Source: Opitutales bacterium
GTDB taxonomy: Bacteria; Verrucomicrobiota; Verrucomicrobiia; Opitutales; Opitutaceae
Reading direction: 5' to 3'
Assembly: GCA_044507675.1 (NCBI GenBank)
Contig: JBIQJF010000005.1
Span: 14,708-78,707 of the forward strand
Length of the DNA stretch: 64,000 nucleotides
The translations under genes and the position numbers were made by a program. Below the pieces are notes generated by a model. It did not search any database. It was not told the origin of the DNA and worked only from the letters and a program-made list of their open reading frames with translations. This document shows, one piece after another, positions 7,234 through 16,512 of this stretch (position 1 is its first letter; each line of letters opens with the position of its first letter).

Positions 7234-10200
7234 TCACCCGCTCGCCGCGACGCCTCCACTGTCGCTTCGCTCAACGGTGTTCCACACGAAGCCTAAGTCC
7301 TCGAGCATACGGCGGCGTTCGGTTGTGAGCCGAGCCGATCGCCAGCGCTGAGTGTTCACCCAACGACCAAGCTTAAGATTCTCAGGCCAGCGCTGCGGCA
7401 CGTTGCAGTGACCGTGGACTCGCTTGAAGGCGACGAGCTGTGCGAACATGTCCTCCCAGTCCGTCTTGGAGGTGAAGCCCCAGACAAAGCCCAACGAATC
7501 CAGGCGTGCGATCCTCGATCGCATGATTTCGCGTCCAACCTTTCGATCTCGCCGCTGATTCCTGACCCAATTGCCGAGTGCGGGGTTCGCAGCATAGAGC
7601 AACGGGACATTCGTGTGCCCGTGCTCGCGCTTAAATGCCTCCAGGGCGGCGAACATCTTCTCCCACTTTCCTGTGGTTGGCTCCCAATCAAACCCAAGAT
7701 TGTCAAGTTGAGCCACGTATTCCGCGGCTAGTCGTGCTTCCCTCCTTGTGCGGCGCATCCTGTCGACCCATGCGGCCAGCCTACGATTTTTTAGCCAACG
7801 CTGCGGCACTCGGCAGTGGCCATATTCCATACGAAAATCTGTTAGCTGCGCTATCATGTCCGGCCATGTGTCCATCTCCGCCGCAGCGGCGCCTAACGGG
7901 ACCTGGGCCGTGGGCACGCTCCACGCGAATCCAAGCGCTTCGAGCTGCGCAATTCGGTCCGGCGACACGCGGTGCTGCTTCCTTGCCCGCCGTTGGACCG
8001 AGACCCAATTCGCCAATCTCGGGTTTCCATCCCAGCCCGACGGAACACGGCAGTGCCCGAACTGCTCCCGATACCTGCGCAGCTCACCGAGCATCGCCTG
8101 CCAGCGATCATCAAAGGTATTGGCTAATGCCTCGGGCGCGACACTTGAATTGATAGTCCAAACAAATCCCACCTCGTTGAGCGCTTTGATCCGATCAGCG
8201 CTGAGTCGCCCCTTCCGGAAGAAATAGCGCTGCGTGGAGACCCAATTTCCCAGCTTCGGATCGTCGGCGAACGCTTGCGGGACTCTGGTGTGACCATGCT
8301 CGGCAGCGAACCGCTGTAGCCGTGCGAGCATATCGCCCCATGGTTCGGAATTCGGGTGTCCCGTAGCATCCGGCGACCATGCGAATCCAAGCTCGTCCAA
8401 CGCGGCAATGCGCGGTGGCGACAGCAGGTTGTTTCTCCGAAAGTAGCGCTGCGTCCGAACCCACGTGCTCAATTGCGGATCCTTCTCCCATTTCCAAGGA
8501 ACCAAACAATCACCGTGCGCAGCGTGATAGTTCTTTAGCCTCTGCAACATCGCTTCCCAGCGTTCTCCGTCAGGCTGAAGCTTGAAGTCGATTCCGCGGA
8601 GCACCGTTTCCTTATCAGCTGCTAGGCGTCCCTTACGGTGCTGTCGCCGTATGGCGATAATCCAGCGGCCCAAGTCAGTATCCACGGCCGGCGTTTCGCC
8701 GTCACGCATGGCCGCCCTTAACTTCGGGAACATTTCGTCCCAACGCGCCTCCGCGGCTGACCATGCAAACCCCAACGCATCCAGCGAGCTCACTTGGTCT
8801 GCCGTCAGCTTATCGCGGCCCCGCAGTTTACGGACCTCGACTACCCAACGCGCCAGTGCCGGATTCGCGGACCATGAATCAGGAACGTGGCAATTCCCGT
8901 GCAATTTAAAGTAGGAGACGAGTGTCGCCCGCATTTCCTGCCAACTGGCACCATTGACGCCCGCACCATCAACCGTTTGCCGCCTCGCGCTCTTAGGCTC
9001 CCAAACAAATCCAATGGAATCGAGTAACTGGATTCGCTGCTCAGACAGGCGTCCGTGTCGGCGCAGCGAACGCTGGAGCGCTACCCATTCCTTCAGGCTC
9101 CGTGTCGCCTTGTCCGTCGCCGCAACCAGAGCAGTCCCATGAGTTTGAACATAGGCCTTTAGTTCATCCGCCCTTCGTCGCCAATGCGCTTCACTCCCGG
9201 GGGCCGTCGAATCCCATGGAAATCCAACTTCGCTTAATCGTCTCTCGCGCTCTGGATCGAGCTTCCCCGCTTTGCGTGCAGCACGCTGGGCCTGCACCCA
9301 ACCAGCGATCGACCTAACTTCTGGGTCATCACGCGCGAAGTCGGTCCGGCCGGTTTCTTCGCGATACTTGATGAACCGGGCAAGCTTTTCGTCCCAGTCG
9401 GCGGCGTCCGGAATAGCCCGCGGAACTTCCCATTCGAATTGGATCGAGTTCAGTAGTTCGACGTGACGCGCACTTACCCGGCCCTGTCGATACTTGTAGC
9501 GCTGAGCTGCTGCCCAATTCCCGAGGATTGGGTTATCTTTCCATTTTACCGGGACGCGCGTGTTGCCGAACCGTTCCTTGAATGCGCAGAGCTCTCGGAA
9601 GCGTTGGTCCCACGTTCCAATTCGCGCTTCCCATCTGAATCCAATGCGATTCAGAAGCGCGATCCGCTCCGCACTGAGTTCACCACGGGCGTTCAACGAC
9701 CGCTGCAACTTTACCCAGCGTCCAAGGACGGGGTAGTCGCGATTATTCCCGGGAACTTCGCAATGGCCGTGCTTCCCCTTGTATTCGGTTAGCGCAACGT
9801 AGTTCGTTCGCCATTCCGTGCTGTAGGGATCCCAAGTGAAGCGAATGCGGTCGAGCAGATCGATTTGCTCGAGGGTGAGGCGGCCTTTTCGCCTCTCGTA
9901 GCGCTGGGCAACGATCCAAGTCGCAAGAACCTTGTATTCTTTGGAGCGGATCGGAATGTCGCAGGTCCCATGCCGCTTGAAATAGGCAACTAGTTGCCCG
10001 TAGCGCAGCATCCACGGCTTACCCAAGGCGTCGACGCATGCCGCCGTGATTGATCGTTGCAGTTCGTCAAGCGACACCGACGGGCCGCAAATCTCCACGC
10101 GCTGACGGAACGCCGAATCGTCATAGCCACCCACTTCGCCGCGCTGGGTCTGCATCGCATCGATGCTCTGCGCCAGTAGGTCGTCATGCTCGCGGAGGCG

Positions 10201-12006
10201 GTTCAGGATGCTCCAAATGTCATCGAAATTCGCGCGTTTCACCGCATCTTCAATGCTCTCTTCACGGGCATGCTCGACATACAGGGGGACCAACACGTAA
10301 CCAAAGGATTTGCCGTCCGTGCGCCGAATTGCACGACCCGTTGCCTGGACAATATCAACCAAACTGCGCCGCGGACTAAGGAACGCCACCATGTCGACGC
10401 CCGGCACGTCGACACCTTCAGTCAGGCAGCGCGCGTTCGAAAGCAGTGCTTGGGACGCACCGGCAAACTCTCTAATGAGCTTCTCGCGATAGCCCGCGGC
10501 CATGGCACCGCTCACATGCGCGCACAGGAATCCCTGTAGGTGATTTGCCACACCTTCAGGTCCGCTGCTCGCGAACGATTCGGCCGATGCCACGCTGCTG
10601 TGAAACGAAAATATCCGCTGCACCCCGTATCGTTCTACGGCCGCCTTTAGCGCAAGCTGGTTGGCAACCTGCCGAGCACGGACACGGGAATTCTCAATCG
10701 CAACGACGCCACGCCGGAGCAGTTCATCCGTGACCATCGTTGAAGTAACTACAGAGATCACGACCTTGTAATCCGCGATGATTTTATCCGCGATCGCTCG
10801 ACTGAAGGGGAGCCGATAGACTACCTCGCCATACGCGTCGACGGAATCCATGGAGTAAACTGGTTCGTCCGTTTCGCGCGCAGTGTCTTCCCGAACCCGC
10901 ACATGTCTCGGTGTTGCGGTCAGGAATAATCGGCGATTGATCCGCAAACGCTGATCGTTCAGCGCAAGCGTGAACAAGCCGCCTTCTTGCCCGGCCGTCT
11001 TGTGTGCCTCATCGAATATGCCGAGACAGAATGCGGGCAAATCCTTCGTCGCAGCCGCGATCACCTCGCACGACTGATAGGTTGAGAACACAACCTTCAT
11101 TGCATCGCTCGGGGTAGCGAGAAAGCGACTCACTTCCTCCGCATCGGTTGTCACCGGAAAGTCGACATCCGCCTGCGTGACAACCAATGCATCCTCCTCC
11201 GGAACCACCGAGGTGTCAGAACAGACGCACCGGTAGGCAACAGCACGCTCGCCAAGCCACGCGTGAACGACTTGACGCATCAGTGACAACGACGGCACGA
11301 GCAATAGCACTGTCTTGCACTGCATGCGCTCAGCAACCCATAGCCCGACAAGCGTCTTCCCCGTTCCACAAGCCATCAATGCGGTCGCACGAGGTGCCTT
11401 GGAAAGGCCGCGAGTGACCGCTTCGATCGCCTCCTCTTGGTGCTTTCTGGGTTGTGCGCGGGTTCTCGTCCGTTCGGCGCCGTTGATCCAATCGCCCATG
11501 ACCCGAAGGTCCTCCGGGGTAAGCCGGTCCAAATCCGCACCGCGGACAAAAATGGTATCGGGACGTTCGTGCGCTTCTTGGACGAATTCATCACAATTCG
11601 TGAAGACGAGCCTTCTGCATCCCCTGTCTGATAGGGCAAAGAACGTCGACAGATCGCCCAACCGCAGTCGCGGTCGCCCAGTCCGGAATTTGACCTGATA
11701 GCAAGTTACGCCGTCGGCTGCCTCAATGGTGCCGTCGATCCCTTTATCCTTCGAGGGGAGCCGGAGTGACGATTGCAGTTTCACGGGGACCGTGTCGCAG
11801 GGCCAAACTGTTATCGCTTGTGCGATTGGCTGATTGGCGAGCCACGCTTCAGCGAATACCTCGAAAGCGCGCCCACGCTCCAACTCGGTCGCAAGACCCT
11901 CTATTGTCTTCTCGACGTCTGCGAACGAGGCCATATCCGACAACGAAATCTTTGTCGAAAACCACCGGGCCGCTGGATGCCGCGGAGATGATTGGGCCAT
12001 GGCCAC
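7234..12006 (-). CDS. Mrr-like nuclease + SF2 DEAH helicase (Type ISP-like core) + 13 helicase-associated (HA) repeats
   Basis: DKGIDG..YQVKF; MACGTGKT, FDEAHK, TATPR, LTEGVDVP, DIVQATGRAIR; 13 repeats of W..M/F..L...G...VP / W...QR / LGF.W. Confidence 0.92.
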   Translation of the reverse strand: MAMAQSSPRHPAARWFSTKISLSDMASFADVEKTIEGLATELERGRAFEVFAEAWLANQPIAQAITVWPCDTVPVKLQSSLRLPSKDKGIDGTIEAADGVTCYQVKFRTGRPRLRLGDLSTFFALSDRGCRRLVFTNCDEFVQEAHERPDTIFVRGADLDRLTPEDLRVMGDWINGAERTRTRAQPRKHQEEAIEAVTRGLSKAPRATALMACGTGKTLVGLWVAERMQCKTVLLLVPSLSLMRQVVHAWLGERAVAYRCVCSDTSVVPEEDALVVTQADVDFPVTTDAEEVSRFLATPSDAMKVVFSTYQSCEVIAAATKDLPAFCLGIFDEAHKTAGQEGGLFTLALNDQRLRINRRLFLTATPRHVRVREDTARETDEPVYSMDSVDAYGEVVYRLPFSRAIADKIIADYKVVISVVTSTMVTDELLRRGVVAIENSRVRARQVANQLALKAAVERYGVQRIFSFHSSVASAESFASSGPEGVANHLQGFLCAHVSGAMAAGYREKLIREFAGASQALLSNARCLTEGVDVPGVDMVAFLSPRRSLVDIVQATGRAIRRTDGKSFGYVLVPLYVEHAREESIEDAVKRANFDDIWSILNRLREHDDLLAQSIDAMQTQRGEVGGYDDSAFRQRVEICGPSVSLDELQRSITAACVDALGKPWMLRYGQLVAYFKRHGTCDIPIRSKEYKVLATWIVAQRYERRKGRLTLEQIDLLDRIRFTWDPYSTEWRTNYVALTEYKGKHGHCEVPGNNRDYPVLGRWVKLQRSLNARGELSAERIALLNRIGFRWEARIGTWDQRFRELCAFKERFGNTRVPVKWKDNPILGNWAAAQRYKYRQGRVSARHVELLNSIQFEWEVPRAIPDAADWDEKLARFIKYREETGRTDFARDDPEVRSIAGWVQAQRAARKAGKLDPERERRLSEVGFPWDSTAPGSEAHWRRRADELKAYVQTHGTALVAATDKATRSLKEWVALQRSLRRHGRLSEQRIQLLDSIGFVWEPKSARRQTVDGAGVNGASWQEMRATLVSYFKLHGNCHVPDSWSANPALARWVVEVRKLRGRDKLTADQVSSLDALGFAWSAAEARWDEMFPKLRAAMRDGETPAVDTDLGRWIIAIRRQHRKGRLAADKETVLRGIDFKLQPDGERWEAMLQRLKNYHAAHGDCLVPWKWEKDPQLSTWVRTQRYFRRNNLLSPPRIAALDELGFAWSPDATGHPNSEPWGDMLARLQRFAAEHGHTRVPQAFADDPKLGNWVSTQRYFFRKGRLSADRIKALNEVGFVWTINSSVAPEALANTFDDRWQAMLGELRRYREQFGHCRVPSGWDGNPRLANWVSVQRRARKQHRVSPDRIAQLEALGFAWSVPTAQVPLGAAAAEMDTWPDMIAQLTDFRMEYGHCRVPQRWLKNRRLAAWVDRMRRTRREARLAAEYVAQLDNLGFDWEPTTGKWEKMFAALEAFKREHGHTNVPLLYAANPALGNWVRNQRRDRKVGREIMRSRIARLDSLGFVWGFTSKTDWEDMFAQLVAFKRVHGHCNVPQRWPENLKLGRWVNTQRWRSARLTTERRRMLEDLGFVWNTVERSDSGGVAASG

Positions 12007-12113
12007 GGTCTAGTGGCACGAGGCCATTTCGCAATAGTGCATCATACGTCGTGAGCGGAAGCTGATTTCAGTGCGGCGGAACGTGCGGTTAAGACCGCGC
12101 CAATATTGACGGC

Positions 12114-12137
12114 GAACGGACACCAAACCGGACACCA
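12114..12137 (+). repeat. Tandem GGACACCA repeat, putative integrase arm-type site (right)
   Basis: GAACGGACACCAAACCGGACACCA. Confidence 0.75.
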
Positions 12138-12233
12138 ACCAGACGAAAAAGCAGTTTTGGAGTAAGGTTAGTATAGGCTTGGTTCACCCGGGGAAGCGGC
12201 CACGTTGCCGCTGCAAATCACGATGATAGCCGC

Positions 12234-12254
12234 CGATTCCGCCCCGCACCTCCA
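12234..12254 (+). repeat. attR core
   Basis: Exact copy of tRNA-Cys 3' 21 nt. Confidence 0.92.
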
Positions 12255-12387
12255 CGCTGAGGCGAGATGAGGAGGACCAAAGTCGAGCATGAATGCTCAA
12301 AACCCTGCCCCGGATACCCTTGGGCGGGCGGACAAAGGCTAAAAGTTTCACCGGATGTGCCGATTCTGGGTGGTTATGGCAGCCACG

Positions 12388-12885
12388 ATGCAAATGAGCC
12401 GGACCCGCGCCCTGCTGGCCAAGCGGCCCGACGTGAAGAACGAGGACTTCTTCAAGGCACTGTGCCTCGACACGTCTGGCGATCTCGACGTGGACCAAAC
12501 GAGCGTCTGGACCTTTGCTCCGGACCGCAGCCGGATTGACTGCCATTGCTGCTTCGACGCCTTGGCCGAAACCTTCTCCAGCGGCCAGTCGCTGGGTCAG
12601 AAGGACTGTCCCCGCTACTTCCGAGAAATCGTGGAGGAGAGCTTCGTCTGTGCGGACAACGTGACCGACCATCTCGCCACCCGCGAATTTCTCGAAACGT
12701 ATTTCAAGCCCAACGGCATTGTGTCCCTGCTGGACTTCGTGCTGCACCACGACGGCGAGCCCTACGGCATCATCTGTTGCGAAAACCGCCGCGAACCCCG
12801 CATCTGGCAGGAATCCGATCGCAACTACCTGCGCTCGCTGGCGACCCTCACGTCGTTCCTGTTCCTCCCCGCCAGCCGGCACTAA
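12388..12885 (+). CDS. Stand-alone GAF-domain protein
   Basis: C-terminal SLLDFVLHHDGEPYGIICCE..REPRIW pattern of GAF; start codon uncertain (12355/12388/12394). Confidence 0.7.
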   Translation: MQMSRTRALLAKRPDVKNEDFFKALCLDTSGDLDVDQTSVWTFAPDRSRIDCHCCFDALAETFSSGQSLGQKDCPRYFREIVEESFVCADNVTDHLATREFLETYFKPNGIVSLLDFVLHHDGEPYGIICCENRREPRIWQESDRNYLRSLATLTSFLFLPASRH

Positions 12886-12908
12886 GCGGTTTCGCCAATC
12901 CCAGGGGA

Positions 12909-12935
12909 CGGCTCGTCGGGACGACTCGCCCTACC
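12909..12935 (-). repeat. GTAG-tagged REP-like palindrome
   Basis: Minus strand GGTAGGGCGAGTCGTCCCGACGAGCCG with imperfect stem. Confidence 0.6.
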
Positions 12936-13010
12936 CACCCAAGGGCTCGAGACGCCTGCTCCAGCCACTTCGCGCTAGACTCGCCGCCCGGCTTCCCGAT
13001 TAATCGCGGT

Positions 13011-13799
13011 ATGGGCTGCACCGTTTTCACCATCGCCAACCAAAAGGGCGGCGTCGGCAAGACCACCACCGCCGTCAATCTCGCGGCGGCGCTGGCCGAG
13101 CGCAAAATTCACACCCTCGTGGTGGATCTCGATCCGCAGGCCAACGCCACCAGTGCCCTCGGCGTGGAGAAACAGGAGGGCAAGAGCCTCTACGGTCCGT
13201 TGCACGGCGAAGGCAGCGCCTTCGAAATGCTCACGCCCACCGCCTGGCCCCACCTCGCCCTCATCCCTTCGGAGCAGGACCTCGCGGCCATCGAGATCGA
13301 GCTGGCCCAGCAGCAAAACTACCTCATGCGCCTGCGCACGGTGATCGAGCCGCTGCGCAACTCCGGCGGTTATCGCGCCATCATCATCGATTGTCCGCCC
13401 GCGCTCGGCATGCTCTCAATGAATTCCCTCGCCGCCGCCGACCATCTCCTCATCGCGCTCCAGTGCGAATACATGGCCCTCGAGGGCCTTGGCCAGATTC
13501 TCAAGGTCGTCGATCGCCTCAAGCAGGCCGGCGTGAACTCCTCGCTCGATGTCGGCGGGATCGTCATGACGATGTTCGACAGCCGCACCAACCTCGCCAA
13601 GCAGGTGGTGGACGAGGTGAAACAGCACCTGCCCGACAAGATTTTCCAGACGCTCATCCCGCGCACCGTGCGCCTGAGCGAGGCCCCCAGCTTCGGCAAG
13701 CCCATCTTTGCCTACGACCCTCACGGCCCCGGCGCCAAGGCCTACCGCGACCTCGCCAAGGAAGTCGCCGAGCGTTTCGGCCTGAAGAGCACGGAGTAA
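13011..13799 (+). CDS. parA: ParA/Soj-family ATPase
   Basis: NQKGGVGKTT deviant Walker A, VDLDPQAN, IDCPP, LSEAPSFG. Confidence 0.9.
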   Translation: MGCTVFTIANQKGGVGKTTTAVNLAAALAERKIHTLVVDLDPQANATSALGVEKQEGKSLYGPLHGEGSAFEMLTPTAWPHLALIPSEQDLAAIEIELAQQQNYLMRLRTVIEPLRNSGGYRAIIIDCPPALGMLSMNSLAAADHLLIALQCEYMALEGLGQILKVVDRLKQAGVNSSLDVGGIVMTMFDSRTNLAKQVVDEVKQHLPDKIFQTLIPRTVRLSEAPSFGKPIFAYDPHGPGAKAYRDLAKEVAERFGLKSTE

Positions 13800-13838
13800 G
13801 TGGCTGATCGAAATCGCGTCATTCTCCCCTTCAGTTGG

Positions 13839-13910
13839 TGGAGGGCACAGCTCCAGCTGTGCCGTTGGTTTACATGCGCATTCGCCGCACATTTGAAGCT
13901 GTGCCCTCCA
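13839..13910. repeat. Inverted doublet of GGAG-tagged REP-like elements
   Basis: TGGAGGGCACAGCT (13839-13852) and exact reverse complement at 13897-13910; internal stem CACAGC-TCCA-GCTGTG. Confidence 0.8.
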
Positions 13911-13970
13911 AACGAGGTGTCTTGCGGCAACACGACCCACCCGCTGACAGCTGGCTTGCGATTTCACCCT

Positions 13971-14047
13971 CCGTCATCTGACTGCTGCCTTCTGACCGCC
14001 GACATCTGATTTACGTCCTCTGCCTTCCGTCTTCCGTCCTCCGAAAT
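13971..14047 (+). repeat. 11 tandem degenerate heptamers (CCGTCYT/CTGNCYT family)
   Basis: CCGTCAT CTGACTG CTGCCTT CTGACCG CCGACAT CTGATTT ACGTCCT CTGCCTT CCGTCTT CCGTCCT CCGAAAT. Confidence 0.8.
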
Positions 14048-14858
14048 GTCCGCCCTGCTCGCCAAATACCGTTCCGTCTTCGCCGTCGGCATCCAAAGTA
14101 ATTTGGTTTACCGCTGGAACTTCGCCGTGCGAGCCAGCTTCTCGCTGATTCACCTCACCTTCGTGTTCATCCTCTGGGGCGCGGCCTTCGCCGGCCAGAC
14201 TGACATCGGCGGCTTCGACCTGCGGCAGACACTCACCTATTTCGTCACGTTGCTGGTGCTGCAGTTCTTCATCAGCGCCATGAACGAGGACTACGAGGTT
14301 TCGGAGGAAATCCGCAACGGCCTCATCAACCAGTTCCTGCTGAAGCCGGTGAACTACTACCTCTACCGCTTCAGCATCTTCCTGTCGGCGCGGTTTGTGT
14401 CGGGCTTTCTCGGTCTGTTGCCCGTCTGCCTCGCGCTGCCGCTGTTCTGGCACCAGCTCGACCTGCCGCCGCTCGGCTGGCAGCACGCCTACGCGGTGCC
14501 GGCACTGCTGATGTCCATGCTCATCCAGTTCACCATCGCCTACTGCTTCGGCTTGCTGACGTTCTGGTTCCTCGAAATCCAATCGTTCATCATTCTGTCG
14601 CTCGCAGTCGAGACGGTGCTCGGCGGACAGGTCTTCCCCCTCGATCTGTTTCCGAAGTGGCTCTACGATATCTCGGTGTGGCTGCCGTATTACTACCAGA
14701 TGTATTTCCCCGCGGCGCTGATCACCGGCCGCATCAACGACCCCGCCTTCGCGTTGCGCGGCCTTGGCATACAGTTCGGCTGGGTGCTCATCCTGCTCAC
14801 TGTCGCCCACCTGCTCTGGACCCGCGGCCTGCGCCGACATACCGCCGTGGGCGGATAA
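14046..14858 (+). CDS. ABC-2 family permease (DUF990 type)
   Basis: IRNGLINQFLLKPV, GGQVFPLDLFP, multiple TM helices. Confidence 0.85.
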   Translation: MSALLAKYRSVFAVGIQSNLVYRWNFAVRASFSLIHLTFVFILWGAAFAGQTDIGGFDLRQTLTYFVTLLVLQFFISAMNEDYEVSEEIRNGLINQFLLKPVNYYLYRFSIFLSARFVSGFLGLLPVCLALPLFWHQLDLPPLGWQHAYAVPALLMSMLIQFTIAYCFGLLTFWFLEIQSFIILSLAVETVLGGQVFPLDLFPKWLYDISVWLPYYYQMYFPAALITGRINDPAFALRGLGIQFGWVLILLTVAHLLWTRGLRRHTAVGG

Positions 14859-14871
14859 TTTTTACTTCGCC

Positions 14872-15660
14872 ATGTCCCACTACCTCCGCCTCTGGCTCGC
14901 TTCGGCCCGCTACTCCATCGTGCGGACGATGATGTTCCGCGCGGACTTCATCATGTGGGCGCTGGTCGAGTTGTTCTGGATGGCGGTCAACCTGCTACTC
15001 ATCGCCGTCATCTACAGCCACACCGACGCCATCGCCGGCTGGGGCCCATGGGAGATGACGCTCATCGTCGGCACGTCCATGCTCATCCAGCGCCTGCTCA
15101 TGGGCTTTTTCTGGACCAATCTCTTCGAGATGGGACGCAACGTGCGCAGCGGACACTTCGACTTTTTCATGGCCCAGCCCGGCTGGCCGCTGTTCATGGT
15201 GTCGACGCGCAAGATCGATCTCGACGGGCTCGCCAACATGCCGATCGCGATCGCGGTGATCATTTACGCCGCCCGACAACTTCATCTCGATCCCACCTGG
15301 CTGCAGATAGCCACCTACGCACTGTTCATCCTCTGCGGTCTCGTGATCCACTACGCCACGCTGCTGTTTTTCGTATCGCTGGTGTTTTGGATGCGCAGCG
15401 CCCACGGCATCGAACACGGCTATTTCGGCCTCAACGAATTTTCCCGCCTGCCGCGCGAAGCCCTGAAGGGCATCGCCTCCGTCGTTTTCGTTTATGCGCT
15501 GCCCGTGGTCGTTGTCACCAACGTCCCGGCGCGCACGCTTATCCACGGCGTGGAACTCGGACCCACGCTCTGGCTGGTAGGCATCGCCGCCTTCTGGCTC
15601 GCGGTGTCCGTCACGGTGTTCCATCGTGGTCTTCGCCGCTACTCGAGCGCGAGTTCGTGA
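14872..15660 (+). CDS. ABC-2 family permease (DUF990 type), second subunit
   Basis: VRSGHFDFFMAQP, FVYALPVVVVTNVPA; TM pattern. Confidence 0.85.
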   Translation: MSHYLRLWLASARYSIVRTMMFRADFIMWALVELFWMAVNLLLIAVIYSHTDAIAGWGPWEMTLIVGTSMLIQRLLMGFFWTNLFEMGRNVRSGHFDFFMAQPGWPLFMVSTRKIDLDGLANMPIAIAVIIYAARQLHLDPTWLQIATYALFILCGLVIHYATLLFFVSLVFWMRSAHGIEHGYFGLNEFSRLPREALKGIASVVFVYALPVVVVTNVPARTLIHGVELGPTLWLVGIAAFWLAVSVTVFHRGLRRYSSASS

Positions 15661-15680
15661 CCGAGCTTCGCCGGGAAACG

Positions 15681-15758
15681 CCAAAACCCAGACTCCCAAT
15701 GCCAAATAAATCCCGATTTCCTGTTTGGAGTTTGTGATCTGGCCCCTGTGATTTCGCT
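15681..15758. repeat. Intergenic heptamer palindrome (CCAAA../TTTGG.. units)
   Basis: CCAAAAC CCAGACT CCCAATG CCAAATA ... TTTGGAG TTTGTGA TCTGGCC CCTGTGA. Confidence 0.6.
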
Positions 15759-15761
15759 GTC

Positions 15762-16496
15762 GTGTCCAAATCAACTGCCAACCTCGAGCCATTGGAAAAA
15801 CGTCTGGGCTACCATTTCCGGAACCAGGCTTTGCTCATTGAAGCCCTGACGCACAGCTCGTTCCTGCAGAACAACCCCGAAGCCGGACCGCACAACCAGC
15901 GCCTCGAATTCCTCGGCGACTCCGTGCTCCAGTTCATCCTCACCGACGCACTTTACCGCGAGTTTCCCGATGACCGTGAAGGCGTGCTCAGCCGGCGGCG
16001 GGCGGTGTTGTCCAAAGGCGGATTTCTCACAGAGATGGCTCGTGACCTCGGGCTCGACACCAGCCTGCGTCTCAGCCGAAGCGAGCAGGATGCCGGCGGA
16101 CGCAACCGCGCCTCGATCCTCGAAGACGCCTTCGAAGCGCTGGTCGGCGCCGTCTATCTCGACAGCGACCTCGCCACGACCCAACGCCTCGTGCTCGCGT
16201 GGTATGGCCCGTTGGACAACCGACTCGCCGTGTCGGAGGATGCGGAGAATCCCAAAGGCCGCCTGCAGGAGCTCGTGCAGCCCGAGCACGGCAACAACGC
16301 CTTGAGCTACGAAGTGAGCGCTACTACCGGACCGCGTCACGCCCGCGTTTATGAGGTCGGGGTTTTTCTCAACGGGAAACAGATCGGCACCGGCAGCGGC
16401 TCGTCGAAGAAAACGGCCGAGGAAGCCGCCGCGCGCGTGGCCCTCGCCGCACTTCGTGCCGAAAGCAGCCAAGGCCAAACGCCAGGCGCCGAATAG
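15762..16496 (+). CDS. rnc: Ribonuclease III
   Basis: ALTHSS, NQRLEFLGDSVL signature, EDAFEALVGA, C-terminal dsRBD (NPKGRLQE). Confidence 0.97.
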   Translation: MSKSTANLEPLEKRLGYHFRNQALLIEALTHSSFLQNNPEAGPHNQRLEFLGDSVLQFILTDALYREFPDDREGVLSRRRAVLSKGGFLTEMARDLGLDTSLRLSRSEQDAGGRNRASILEDAFEALVGAVYLDSDLATTQRLVLAWYGPLDNRLAVSEDAENPKGRLQELVQPEHGNNALSYEVSATTGPRHARVYEVGVFLNGKQIGTGSGSSKKTAEEAAARVALAALRAESSQGQTPGAE

Positions 16497-16512
16497 GCAT
16501 CAACCTCCTGGT

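Larger units (their letters stand above)
4762..12254. mobile_element. Decayed integrative genomic island at tRNA-Cys 3' end
   Basis: 21-bp direct repeat at both ends, integrase remnant, arm-type repeats, TA genes, defence-like helicase. Confidence 0.9.

Noticed and set aside
7234-12006. Conventional Type I, III or ISP restriction-modification system
   Set aside because: No methyltransferase motifs (FxGxG, NPPY/DPPY) in this protein or elsewhere in the island
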